A stretch of 34,692 bases of DNA from Octopus bimaculoides (GCF_001194135.2 NC_068983.1:148211667-148246358); one strand, 5' to 3'; shown: positions 10,761 to 23,281, counted from the first letter of the stretch. Numbers and translations: made by a program. Notes: generated from the letters alone by a model not told the origin.

Positions 10761-11529
10761 GTATTTCTGTTGTTTGTGGTGAAGAAAGTGGTGCTGGTTC
10801 TAATGCTCTTAATATTATTGACATTTAATTATAGTAATGAGATCACGATGCTATCAGTATGCCGTTACTATTTCATGTATTAATTGCTTGTGCGTGCTCG
10901 CGCTTCTGTCTGCGTTTCCATTATGGGTGAATGCAAACGTTTCATCCCAATCTGAATGTGCATACACACACAAAAAATATGTGTCTGTGTCCGTATGTGC
11001 ATATGTGTATGTATATGCGCATAAATATGTGTGAGGGCGTGTGCGTGTGTGTTTGAATGTGCATGTGCATATTTGTGCATAAGTATTTGCGTGCGCACGT
11101 GTGCGTATTTGTAAAAACTAGTCGCTAATGCTGCAATTAAGCGAATTCTAGCAGTTTCTGTTTAACTAATTTATTTTACAAGCTTTATAGGCTTTAAAAT
11201 ACAGATAGTTTTACAATCACATAAAATTCTTTTTTGTTATTTTGGAATGACATTATGTAATATATAAACATTCAATCAGTCTTAACATTATACTCTGCTA
11301 TTGCATATTATATTACTGTATAAATATATTCTATTTAGTATAAATTATATGATTATACAATAGTATTATATATGCGGTCAAATAATGTTCGCATAATATT
11401 ATTTATGTTATACCTAAACAACTCATTCTGATATACTAATATTTATTAATATATTACATAAGCATAACACCAATAAGAATGCCTGAAATAAGCAGAAGGA
11501 CAAAAGTACTTGTGAGTGTGTAATAACCG

Positions 11530-11831
11530 ATTAAAATGATCTCAGTACTTCACCGATACCCTACTTTATCAACTCTGGAAGAATGAACGAGGAATTGATC
11601 TTGACATAATTTCAGCATGAAACAGGACCACTAACTGTGAATCACTTGGGGTGACATTCCAATGAATCTACCGATCTAATGCCTATGGTATGTATGTTAT
11701 GTTTTTGGTACGAGGCCAACAATTTCATGGACGGGTGTTCTCGGTGGAAACTGTACTCAAAGAGAAAGTACAAACGAAATGCCGCTAAGAATTTTGCCCG
11801 CCGTGCCAACAATTCTATCCGTTCACACCTT
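11530..11831 (-). mobile_element. Degenerate SINE family A pieces
   Basis: 11752-11831 (gaaatgccgctaagaattttgcccgccgtgccaacaattct) is the reverse-complemented head. 11530-11630 resembles a decayed core. Confidence 0.6.
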
Positions 11832-11855
11832 TAATAACAATAATAATCCCTGCTG

Positions 11856-11907
<52 letters not shown>

Positions 11908-11908
11908 A

Positions 11909-11945
<37 letters not shown>

Positions 11946-11974
11946 ATAATAATAATAATAATGGTAATAATAAT
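11832..11974. repeat. (TAA)/(CTA)n microsatellite (SINE tail)
   Basis: Direct reading. Confidence 0.93.
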
Positions 11975-12162
11975 GAAATGTAGTGGGAGGGGGCCAGTCG
12001 ATTAGATCGACCTCAGTACGCAAGTGGTACTTAATTTATAGACCCCGAAAGGATGATAGGCAAAGTCAACCTCGGCGGAATTTGAACTCAGAACGTAAAA
12101 ACGGATGAAATGCCGCTGAGCACCTGCCCCGTAAACTAACGATTCTGTCAGCTCACCGCCTT
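11975..12162 (-). mobile_element. tRNA-derived SINE family A
   Basis: Reverse complement of the 6589-type element (ggcggaatttgaactcagaacg...gattctgtcagctcaccgcctt). Confidence 0.9.
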
Positions 12163-12180
12163 AATAATGATAATAATAAT

Positions 12181-12392
12181 GGTTTCAAATTTTGCCAGAA
12201 CGGCAGTAATTTTGGGGGAGGGGATGAGTCAATAATATTGAGCCAATGTTCAACTGGTACTTATTTTATTGACCCCGTAAGGATGAACGACGAAGTCTAC
12301 CTCGGCGGATTTTGAACTCAGAACGTGGCGACAGACGAAATACTGCTAAGCATTTCGCCCGGCATGCTAACGATTCTGCCAGCTCGCCGCCT
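12181..12392 (-). mobile_element. tRNA-derived SINE family A
   Basis: Full head-to-tail match in reverse orientation. Confidence 0.92.
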
Positions 12393-12454
12393 GAATAATT
12401 ATAATAATAATGATAATGATAATAATAACAATAATAATAATAATAATAATAATA

Positions 12455-12666
12455 ATCCTTACTACTATAGGCACAAGGCCTGAAATTTGTAGAGCGAGGA
12501 CTAGTCAATTACATCGACCTCAATGCTTCACTGGGACTCAATTTAACGACCCGAAAGGATGAAAAGCAAAGTTAACCTCAGCGGAATTTGAACTCAGACC
12601 ATAGCGATGGACGAAATACCGCTAAACATTTCGTCCAGGGTGCTAACGATTCTGCCATCTCGCCGT
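12455..12666 (-). mobile_element. tRNA-derived SINE family A (same 3' variant as 1361-1582)
   Basis: ctactataggcacaaggcc 3' end and ctaacgattctgccatctcgcc head. Confidence 0.9.
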
Positions 12667-12674
12667 CTCTAAAA

Positions 12675-12915
12675 AGACCCCTTTCGTTCATGAATGACCA
12701 TGTTATTGCACCTAGAAAGTTTCACTCCATGGTACAAGACGTGGCAAGGTTGTTTATGGAAGACCAGCAGTCGCCTACGCATACCAGCCACCTGCTCCCT
12801 TCGCCACCAATGGTATCCAAGGGAAAGGCAAAGGCCAATACAGCTTGGCAACAGTGACGTCGCAATTCATTTCTACAGCTGAATGAAGTGCAGCAACGTG
12901 AAATAGATTGTTTTA
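12675..12915 (+). mobile_element. Interspersed repeat family C (SINE-like; L2/MIR-like 3' motif suspected)
   Basis: The 5' end matches 3239-3267. The end (gcagcaacgtgaaatagattg) resembles a decayed piece near 19945-20010. Family identity is from recall of octopus repeats; strand is nominal. Confidence 0.55.
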
Positions 12916-13242
12916 CTGTCTGCTCAGAGTTTTAACTATAAATGTTAATACGGTCAAATTTTATTTTGCCGATTTAGAGCCCATAACATTAGGCCATCTC
13001 TTAACGTAGAAACAGTGATGTATTTGCTTACCCTGAAAAACAACGTAAATTTAAGCCATTGTCAAAATACATAAAATTTATTAAAGATCAAAAGGTTGTG
13101 AAAATCGTTAGAGCTTTCAAAATATAAATAACTTGTAGTATTTGTAGTTATTTACTTTCTGTGGTTTTCGAATCTGATCTGAATGCGCCGGCGGAAGTAA
13201 CAACATTTCCAATATGGGAAATAGCCGTCACGACTATAAAGT

Positions 13243-13650
13243 ATGTATGTATGTATGTATGGATGGATGGATGGATGGATGTATGTATGTATGTATGTAC
13301 TATGTATGTATGCATGTATGTAGGTATGTATGTATGCATGCATCTATGTATGCATCTATGTATGCATGGATGTATGTATTCATGTGTGCATGTATTTATG
13401 TGTATGTAGGCATGCATGCATGAATGTATTTACGTGCATGTATGTAGGCATGCATCAATGAATGTATAATATATGTATGTATGTATTATATATGTATGAA
13501 TGTATGTATGCATGCATACATGTATATATGTATGTATGTACTATGTACGTGTGTATGTATGTACGTTCGTACGTATGTATGTATGTATGTATGTATGTAT
13601 GTATGTATGTATGTATGTATGTATGTATGTATGTATGTATGTTTGTGTGT
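13243..13650. repeat. (TATG)n/(GATG)n microsatellite block
   Basis: Direct reading. Confidence 0.95.
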
Positions 13651-14292
13651 ATTAATCGGCTTTAAATCTACATAAGTGATTCAAAGGGCCGAGAGTTTCA
13701 TGTACAGCTCTTATCCTACTTCCTTCTCTGATTTTCTCTTTCATTTTCTCTCCCCCCTCTCTAATTTTCTACTCATCTGTCTATCTATTGATCTCTATTT
13801 ATCTATACAAGTGTGTGTGCGTGTATGTGTATGTGTGCGTGCTCGCGTGTGTGTGTTTATGCGTACTGTAAATAGTAAGGCTTAACTTTTTAAAAGCATG
13901 TGATGTTATAATCTTTGGTGTGGTGTTGTGTATTTGTATTTTTTATCCTAATTTGCACAATCTACTCTGTTTGCTTAAAATACGGATATTGCGTTACGGC
14001 TACAAAAAGAATCGCATCATCATTTGAGATTCAGTTTTGGAAATGGTTCGAAACATTATACGTTTGATGGAGGTTGGTTTGTTTGATGGATGACTTAAGG
14101 GAATAGTTGAAACAGTCTCGGAATTGCATTCCTAAAAAAGCCTACATAACATGTGTACACCCTCATGTGAGAAAGTATCATATGGATTACGGAAGACAAT
14201 GTATTATATAACTTTATTTTATGTCAGGATCTTGAACACATTGAACAGCGTAAATACAAAAATTCAATGGATTTTTCTATATCTTACCTCAT

Positions 14293-14413
14293 TGTTTTCC
14301 ATGATTTCAGCTTAAATTTTTACGCATGAATACTTGGGCGAGAGATCTAACACAAATGAGTGAACAGTGAGGCGAGTGAAAAATTAAGCTGAGATTCATA
14401 TCATGTCAACAAA
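14293..14413. mobile_element. MITE-like foldback element
   Basis: Imperfect inverted arms: tgttttccatgatttcagcttaaatttttac (14293-14323) and gtgaaaaattaagctgagattcatatcatgtcaaca (14376-14411), around a spacer of about 50 bp. Confidence 0.55.
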
Positions 14414-15391
14414 ACATACCATTATCAACGATACAGATATTTTCTATCATTGAAGTCAACAAAAACATTAAATATATATTTTTAATTACTGGTTGATAGC
14501 GGTATATTACGAAAACATGATTTTTGGATTAATAACACGTTCATTATAATATTTATATTACTACTTTCATCATTTTTCTTTTGATAAATTTAATGTAACT
14601 GTGGTTTTATAGCATTTAGATAACAAGCGAATTGCTCGTAAACTATATTAATTAAGTCTATAAATTATTGCTCAGTTAAATCATAAATAAACTCATGTGA
14701 GATTTCATATAACTTATAGTGTAATTAAAATCGCTTTTAATTATTCAAGTCAATGCAAATAACTTTCTATATTAGATGACATTTTATTACCTCCAAATAC
14801 AAATTCTATAAATTGCATTGCCCTCAACCAAGTGTTATATAATGGTTTAGAGACGTGAATGCAAATTTAATTGTAAAAAGAAGACGTGTAATACTCAAAA
14901 TCCACGTTCAAATTTTATCTAAAGAAAAGTACATAACTTACAACACTATTTCTCTAAACCTTTCTCATAATAAATTCTCTAAACACACTCTGTTCATTTA
15001 GCCTATCGCTAAATACCTCCCATTGAAGTTTCCATTACCGATATCGTTGAATAGCTCCCATATTAATATTGAAAATTTACATAATGAGGGTGGGGAAGAA
15101 ATTTAAACACACAGAAATTCTATTGTGTGGACCGTATACATGTGTATATGTTTTGGCTTCAATGTATGCCTACACATATGCATGGATGAATATTCAGATC
15201 GACAATCCATCAGCAGAAAGTCACACAGGAGCTAGATATACAGAGATGTATAAGGTCAAGTATATAAGTGTCTATGTGGCGTGTGCATATGTGTGTGTGG
15301 GTGGGGGTGCGTGTGTGTGTGTGTGTCAGTAAGGCAAACACATATAAATGCTTCACACACTTCATCTATTTAATTCTCTGCCTCTTCTCAG

Positions 15392-15467
15392 AACCACGAT
15401 AAAAAATTATATCAGCAAAGATTTCGACCGAACTGAATTGCTTCCTTTGACTCTTTTCATCTCCTGG
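15392..15467 (+). CDS. Candidate internal exon (phase 2 to 0): (R)TTIKNYISKDFDRTELLPLTLFISW
   Basis: Strong acceptor taattctctgcctcttctcag, strong donor TGG|gtaaga, and a protein-like open reading in the phase set by the 10727 exon. Product not recognised. Confidence 0.42.
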
Positions 15468-15828
15468 GTAAGACGCTTTCTACTAGTTCGCTCCATCGTT
15501 CCATCACACCGTGCAGTGAAAGATAAACTACAATACAGATTCTGTCAGCTTTGGCGTTCATTAAAATTTAAAATAATTCCTCAAATTTTTCTACACATTT
15601 TCAATGGGATTCTCTTCCTGCACTTCATTTACTCCACGAGTGTTAATCGTAATCGTAAAAAAAAAAAAAATAATAATACAATAAACGTGTACCGATTTTA
15701 CTGGCCTGAAAAAGAGCTACAAATGACACGGAACACTATCTCACTCATCTGAACTTTTAATGTTCCCTACATACACATCGAATATCGGACACGAAGTCAA
15801 TCAAACAGAAACATTGGTGTCACATCTT

Positions 15829-16003
15829 TCGGCGCAAGGCCAGTAAGTTTGGGAATGGAAATAAGTTAATTACACGGAACCCAGTCCTCAACTGGCACTT
15901 ATTTCATCGATTCGGAATGATGAAAGGCGAAGTCGACATCTACGGAATTTAAGCACAGAAAATACAGACAAACAGAAATGCGATGAAGTATTTTGCCCAC
16001 CGT
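15829..16003 (-). mobile_element. Diverged SINE family A
   Basis: cggcgcaaggccag...caactggcacttatttcatcga...atgaaaggcgaagtcgac...gaaatgc...tattttgccc is the reverse-complement pattern of family A. Confidence 0.75.
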
Positions 16004-16399
16004 CATATATAAAAAAAAGAACAATAAATTAGTAAGACAGATATACTGAGATCAAGCCGACAGCGTATATGGTAATGTGTAAGCGACAAAGCCTTTTATC
16101 GTTGATTTCATTTCTAGCCATTCTCTTTTACTTAGTCTCCTAACCTTAATAGGATTGATATGAACGTCACCGTACATACTGCAACCAAAATTAAACTCAA
16201 CAGAGATTATCAACATTTATGCATATCATTGATCAAACTAAATGCCAACTACTATTATTGTACTTGTGCCTATGATACATCAATATCTAGATGTATAGAA
16301 AGATAAACAAAACAGAATAGATTGATGCGTGTATATGTGTGTGTGTGTGTGTATGTGTGGCTGTGTCATAAATTGATGCGTGGTGTGTCTGTGTTTCTG

Positions 16400-16542
16400 T
16401 GTATATACAGATAGATAGATAGATAGGTAGGTAGATAGAGAGGTAGGTAGGTAGGTAGGTAGGTAAGTAGGTAGGTTGGCAGGCAAGTAGAAAAATAGAT
16501 AGATAAATAATTAGGCAGACAGACAGACTGACAGACAGACAA

Positions 16543-16600
<58 letters not shown>
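16400..16600. repeat. (GATA)n/(GGTA)n/(GACA)n microsatellite
   Basis: Direct reading. Confidence 0.95.
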
Positions 16601-18361
16601 CAACCTGCAATTGATCAAACTTTTGATCATGCATATAAATTTAAAAGACTCCATCTTAGAAAATAAACACTACAGAAAACAAAAACGAAAAAAGACGCAT
16701 CATTTAAGCAAATACTAAATCACACGTGATCAATGCAATTTCCGTTTCATTGAATGTTTTAGCCATTTACCGGAGAAAACGCTGCACATACATGCCTTAT
16801 ATAGGAAATTAATTCAACACTTTATTGTTGATTAATGTAACACATATAAACATTATTGTATTTGACATATTGTATTTTATCCAGTGTTTAAGTATACCAC
16901 ACACATATATGTACTTACATATACATTCACACATTTACATATATGTACACACCTATACGTGTATCACTTAAATGTGGAATCTTCGTAAAAGCAATTAAAG
17001 ATTGCTTTTATGTATGCTTTTGCATATAACTAGTGCATTTATTTTTGAATGAAAATACTGACTGTGATTTCGAAGGATTTGTCGAAGAATGGATTCGTCA
17101 ATCTCCGGCGAAACTTCAAAGTCACTGTGAATCTTTTCCTTATAAAAATATACAATATATTTACAATATATACAAGGAAACTATATTTATATCACGTGTA
17201 TCTATATATAACTGTACTTTTCTAACATACATACATGTTGCCTGCATGTGTGTTTATATATATATATATATATATGACGTATGACTGACTGAACTATATT
17301 ATACGAAATATCAATCCTTCATCTAATGTATCATGTATTTATATAACTAATCCAAATGTTTAATTGATGCGCAGAGCAGACACTTCATATGCTGACAGAC
17401 ACACTTATATATACATACATACACAAATATATATGTGAATGTGTATGTTTGCGTGTATGTATGAAGAGGGAGACAGAGGAGAGGATAAGAAAGACGTTGA
17501 CTTAAGAGCAATAGAATGAAATAATTATACATAATAGATAGAATGGCAGCTGAGAGAGCAATTATAACAATAAACTTAGAGAAAAGTTATATAATCGAAA
17601 CGCCAGAATAATTTCTTTCCCCCGCTTACAGCGTTATCCACTTCTATGCAGATGCACATATACAAACATCGTATGCACGGGCAAATTTATATAAAGGCAA
17701 TTGTACAAGTACACATGCACACACATACCGACACACACAGGGAAATATATAATGCTGAGCCATAAAATATTCTCGTCATATCGTAATGATTAATATATAG
17801 CCATTGAAATGAAGTATCGATTTATTCGCAGAAAGAATCCGTTAAGCGTTGTATGAACTACTCATAGTGAAGAGTAGGATAATCTTTCCTGGTGTAACTA
17901 CTTTCAACAGAGACAATAGTAAACCTCGATTTTCATTTAATCCAGTTTGAATATATAGCTTTAAATTCAAAATGCCACCGACCACCATGAACTAATCAAA
18001 TCGAGCCAATAAGCAAACCTCTGAGTGATATGCCGAACTGGTAGAAATAGCAACCAAATCTCCTGTAAATCAATGTCTTTTAAAAGAAAAAGGATATTTA
18101 AGACAATTTAGCCTGAGCTATCTTTTGCATGTGAAACGCTTCGGTCTTGATTCCAACATTTTGTTTACATTGACTAAAGTAGGAATTAACAGGCACAGCA
18201 CGAACATAAGTAATATCAAAATCATAAGTAATATTTCATGTTTATTTAACAAAACGTTTTATATTTCAAATTATCGACAAAACGCCATGTAGTACGATAT
18301 AACTTAATTGGTCATGTTATATTAGCAGATGGACTACCATGTAAATTGAATGAACCAGTTT

Positions 18362-19119
18362 AACTGTGCCTTTTTCGGTTGGGGACACGAAAAGCCCTTC
18401 CATTGTGATGACTGCTTCTTTGTTTGAGAGTCGTACCCGTAAACCCAACTCTCATCACCGGTGATGATCCTCGACATGAGGGATGGATCACCAGCGGCAC
18501 GCTGACGGAGATCTTGACATACTTCGACGCGATGTTTTTTCTGCTCAGTGGTCAGCAGGCGGGGGACAAACTTGGCAGGGACACGCCGCATGTTCAATTA
18601 AGATGTTAGGATTGCATGTATGGACCCATACAACAGATCAACAACATCAACAATGTCCTTGATTGTCCTCCGTCATTCCTCATGCACAAGCTGATGAATT
18701 TTCTCCACATTTCCGGTGCGACGCTCGTGGCAGGTCTTCCAGATAGCTCATCGTCTTCCAGGAACGTTCTTCCACTTGTGAAGCACCCGAGCCACTGAAA
18801 ACATTGTGTACGACCCAGTGCCTCATCACCGTAAGCTTGTTAAAGCATGCTCAATGTCTCTGTTGAGGACTTCCTAAGTTTGACGCAAAATTTAACTTAG
18901 GCTCCTTGTTCCAACTTTCTGTTCATGACAAAGTCACAGACTACAGCATCCACATTAACACAAAAACACAAATTTCACAACTTGTGAAGTAAACACAGCA
19001 ATGTCACTCGGCACATTGCCTCATGAAGATCGCTGCTAGCTCACATTGTGCACGTAACCATGTGCTGTTATTTGTTGGCGCGCTACAGAACTACTCAGGA
19101 ACTTTTTGGTACCATCTCG
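18362..19119 (-). mobile_element. Tc1/mariner DNA transposon, 3'-truncated, with one terminal inverted repeat
   Basis: Minus strand begins TA|CGAGATGGTACCAAAAAGTTCC (TA at 19120-19121), a mariner-type end. The transposase relic follows downstream. No second TIR was found. Confidence 0.9.
18363..18926 (-). pseudogene. Mariner transposase pseudogene (HTH region to first catalytic Asp)
   Basis: MNRKLEQGA*VKFCVKLRKSSTETLSML*QAYGDEALGRTQCFQW...EDDELSGRP...MRRVPAKFVPRLLTTEQK...ITGDESWVYGYDSQTKKQSSQWK. It has at least four stops and one frameshift, and homology ends after PKKAQ. Confidence 0.92.
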
Positions 19120-19604
19120 TACGACTGTCCAGTGATAAATATAGAGAACACCCTGACAACAGCATACATGTATAAACATCAACACAAGGAATATTGGCGT
19201 AACCTTCTCCTCAAAACTTTTACCGAGTGTAAACATGACGTACCATATAGCGTTCTTTTGACAGATAAGAAAAAGTATGTATTGTCAGCTGGTGTGAATA
19301 TCTCTCCGAAAATCAAAGAGAATGGGATAATTGTGGACTACTGCTTCGAAACTTTCAGTTTGATTCCCAACTGCTTCATTTATATTTATACCAATAACTA
19401 GGTCATATGGTTTGCTGAGTCAATGTCTAACATACAATCCCGAAAAGCTTCGGTTTTCAACAAAAGAATTTAGTCAGCTAACATGCGCATAATAAATACA
19501 ATCTGTGACTGGAATAGTTAAAATATGGAAGGCTTTCTCAAGTTCAAAATGTGGATTGCCATTCTCAACTAAATTCCAGTTATCTACATTTTTATCTACA
19601 TTCC

Positions 19605-19750
19605 ACACATACATACATAGATACATACATACATGCATACTTGAATGCATACATACATACATACATAGAGACAGACAGACAGACAGGCAGGCAGATATAC
19701 ATAAATAAATAAATAAATAAATAAATAAATACAAACATACATATGTATCT
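19605..19750. repeat. (TACA)/(GACA)/(TAAA)n compound microsatellite
   Basis: Direct reading. Confidence 0.92.
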
Positions 19751-21249
19751 GTGTATGTATAATAGAAGCTTACATGGCACTTGGCAAGCGAGTATAACCA
19801 GATAGAACCAGATAGCACATAGTCGAGGGCAGAAATATTTACACTTTCTGTTCTCCCACGTTTACCCAGTGGAACAGTGGTGGTATTATAGCTAGAGGGA
19901 ATGAGAGCTACTCTAGCACTCGCCATAGACCAACATTTGCAGTTCAGTAGATTGGAGCTACATAAAACGAATTCTTTGCTTAAAGTAACAACGCGACACC
20001 TAGTTCGAACGGAATATAGGGAATGTAGTAAAACCTTTCCAATAGCATTATAATTATTACATTGAAATTAATATGTGACTTAAAAATAGATATCTCCAGG
20101 ATTTTAACGTAAAAGGGTTTATGATACCTTATTGAAAAAGCAGGCAAATATCGAGATTCTAGCTAGTCACTGTTTTTGGTTATCTATGGCAACATTTTAT
20201 GGTAAACCTCACACAGTTGCAGAGACTTGTAAGAACTCAATAATCACACATAATTCTGGTGTAATTTTAAAACAATGTCGCTCTTGAAATCAATAATCTG
20301 CATCTGTAAATCATCAATATCCAATTTAAACAGCTTTCCAAGTTCTTTGCACATATTTTAAATATTATTTGCACCCAAATGAAAAGCCAAAAAACTACAT
20401 ATCTCAGAAATCTTATTAAAATCATTAAATCTCTTTTGAAATTGGCTCAATATATTTTCTATAAAAAATAAATGCAAATTATACATAATTATTATGCTTT
20501 GCGTTTGAAGTTAAACTCTTCTTATCAGATTCATCTTTAATATTTAAAGTGTGTGAGATAATTTTTTGCGAAAATAGGTTATCCAAAGAGCTAATTTTAT
20601 TTAAAAAATTATGGAAGTGAACATAATTGCAATATTTCTATTTTTGCCTCGTAATGCAATGTTTTATTCATTTCGCTTTGTTGTAAAAGCTGTTTAAAAT
20701 GTTAATTTGCGAAACCATTCCGAGTCTTCAAGAAAGGTTATATTTTTTAACAATTAGGGAATTAAGTGATTATTCTTAAGAAGAAAAAAAAAACAATTAG
20801 GAAATGGTCTCTTATGAAAGTCTAGAAATTAGAAATACGAAAGATAACAACAACCAGCTAAACTTTAAATGTTTGTTTGTCTTCAAACCTCTTAGTTCAA
20901 TGACAAATAGAACATACAATGATTTAACATTTCACGTATTTAAAATAAAAGTATTCATCCCTGTAATATTCTTCTCTAATTCTTATACTTGTATCAAAGA
21001 AAAATAGTTTTAATTTATGATTTCTCTTATCTAATGTAAAAATTCATAGAACACCGGTCCGTGATTATCTGGTTATGAATATAACATGTATGGCAAGAGT
21101 TTGGGCTTGCAGCATTCTCGTAAAGTTTCAGGTTTTGGGAGATTCTTCTCAGCGTGAAGGTAGCATAACTATCTGAAGAATATTTTAAGATATGAACATT
21201 TAAGTAATGGAAAGATATAATACGTAACCGCAATCATGCACATTATGTA

Positions 21250-22305
21250 TGAGTACTCACCGACTAACAACCATTCGTGTAACACGAATTTTCGATGTTG
21301 CTCTACCGCTCTCGTAGCAGTGAACGCATTTTCGACGCTACCATAAGCTCAAATAGCGATAGGTGAAAGTTGTGTAGTGCGATACGATCGACACGCAGAG
21401 GGATGCTGCCAGTATAACATTATTTCATCTCATTTCGTCACATCGTTTAATCTCGTTACTTTCTAGTGTCTTCATAATTAATTTTTGCTTGTTGTGAAAT
21501 ACCCTCGAATGTTATGTCCTCAAAACATGCCTAAAAGGCTTTTAAAAATTGAAACACCTCATAGAGGTGAGTGGAACAGAAGAAAAGCAATAGCTTGGGA
21601 AGCAAAACTAATGATAGTATCCCAGTGTGGAAGAAGAATATCTGCTTCAGTGCTTACACGCAATATCAGTTTATTGTAGTCGATGATCTTTGTTATCTTA
21701 AATAAGTGCCATGTCAGTGACGCCCTGAAGATATTGTTATTGATAAAATATACAGTCGTCATAAAAAAAAAATATATATAGGTTAATAGAAGAAACAGAG
21801 AAGGAATATTGGTCACATAATTGAAGAACCTAATTAAAAAAAGACCGGTTAACCATTTAACTATAGAATCTATAAAGCAGTGAGCTTGGTTGAAAGGTTT
21901 CTACTGACAACAAAAGTTTGGAGCAAGTCATAACTTGAGCCTTTTAAACAGTGAGGTAATTTCCACAATATAGTGGTGATCAGTAAATGTTAATGAAGAA
22001 GACTCAGCTGCATTTAAAGAATGCTTCATAATATTTTTAGCAGAAATATTTTCCATAACAATGATTTAGGGGTGATTAAACTAGCCTTTCTTGGAAGCGC
22101 ATTACTAAAACTTGTTACATTCATCAAGAGGTGAAATCCATTCCAGGTTGCAAACCTTTTCAATATCGTAGATTCTCGCTGGTAGAGAAACTGTAGCTGA
22201 GAAACCACTTTTTTTATTGCAGAAAACCCAATTACTTTAAGGAAATGTTAGCATATGCACTATGCCTCTTAACTATAACGAGCATATGAAAGAAAGGATG
22301 ATTAA
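21250..22305 (+). mobile_element. Tigger/pogo-type (CENP-B-like) DNA transposon relic
   Basis: Left end gagtactcaccgactaacaaccattcg with hairpin attcgtgt-a-acacgaat (21273-21289). ATG at 21527 gives MPKR...RRKAIAWEAKLMIV, then LIEETEK, PFKQ*GNFHNIVV and FRGD*TSLSWKRITKTCYIHQEVKSIPGCKPF. The last aligns with the Tigger motif FNMDETSLFWKRMPERTFIHKEAKSMPGFKAF (recalled). Confidence 0.78.
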
Positions 22306-23058
22306 ACGGACTCCCATTTGCGCCGTGAACATGGATTAATCTCCTCTCTTCGCTCCTTTGCACCACATGCGCTCAACTCTCCTCTTCATCTAACCTCCTC
22401 CCCTCTCATCTCTCCCTTCCACATATACTTCCTCCCATCCACTTCTCCTCTCTTGCCACCGACTCCTACTTCTTCTCTTCACTCCTACTCTCCTTCACTC
22501 TTCTCTTCACTCCTACCCACCTTCTTCCTTCTCCCTCTCCCTTCATCCTCACCCCTCTCTCGTAACCCCACCCCTACACAATCCAACACCAACTTCCCTA
22601 TCCATCCCATCCCAGCCCCACCCCATCCCTCACAACCACTCCCACATACCCCACCTCTACCCCCACCATCAGCCTACCTACATACCCCACATTCACACAC
22701 CTACACAACACACACGCACACGTCAAGGTCACCAGCGCTCTTCCACACGCACATAATCCTCTCTTATACACACGCTCGCGCACCTTCGTTTTGGGATCAC
22801 CACAAGTTCATTATCTCCCCTTCTTCTAAGCCCTCCTGTATGACCCCTTTGTCCGGCATTCGCCATGATAGATGGCTAGCCACTACACGTTCTTTATTTT
22901 CTCTCCTTGTTTCTTTCTGTGTTCCTTTCTGTGGAAGAGCGTAGGTTCGAAACGTTAAAGACTTTTTCACTTTCCGGGCGTTAAACTAATACATCTGTTT
23001 GTTGTCTATACCACCTGTCTTCGCATTTTGTTTCTTTTAGTGAATTCTCCCTATATAT
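22306..23058 (+). mobile_element. Penelope-like element 3' end (endonuclease C-terminus, C/T-rich tract, hammerhead-like motif)
   Basis: TDSHLRREHGLISSLRSFAPHALNS resembles the PLE endonuclease C-terminal motif (R.RE..LI..L....P.GLN). It is followed by a C/T-rich tract and GGAAGAGCGTAGGTTCGAAACGTT at about 22933-22956. Confidence 0.65.
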
Positions 23059-23226
23059 NNNNNNNNNNNNNNNNNNNNNNNNNNNNNNNNNNNNNNNNNN
23101 NNNNNNNNNNNNNNNNNNNNNNNNNNNNNNNNNNNNNNNNNNNNNNNNNNNNNNNNNNNNNNNNNNNNNNNNNNNNNNNNNNNNNNNNNNNNNNNNNNNN
23201 NNNNNNNNNNNNNNNNNNNNNNNNNN
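23059..23226. other. Assembly gap (168 N) in a (TA)n tract
   Basis: N run. Confidence 0.99.
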
Positions 23227-23271
<45 letters not shown>

Positions 23272-23281
23272 CACACACACA

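Noticed and set aside
13148-13196. Exon candidate YLLSVVFESDLNAPAE
   Set aside because: The acceptor is weak and the phase conflicts with the better 15392 exon.
18334-18597. Functional transposase or SETMAR-like domesticated gene
   Set aside because: There are multiple upstream stops and a frameshift, and the catalytic domain is truncated.
19048-19401. 117-aa ORF
   Set aside because: It begins within the mariner end and has no recognisable motif.
22318-22944. 208-aa Pro/Ser/His-rich ORF as a real protein
   Set aside because: Only about the first 25 aa are PLE-like; the rest is open because the C/T-rich tract lacks stop codons.
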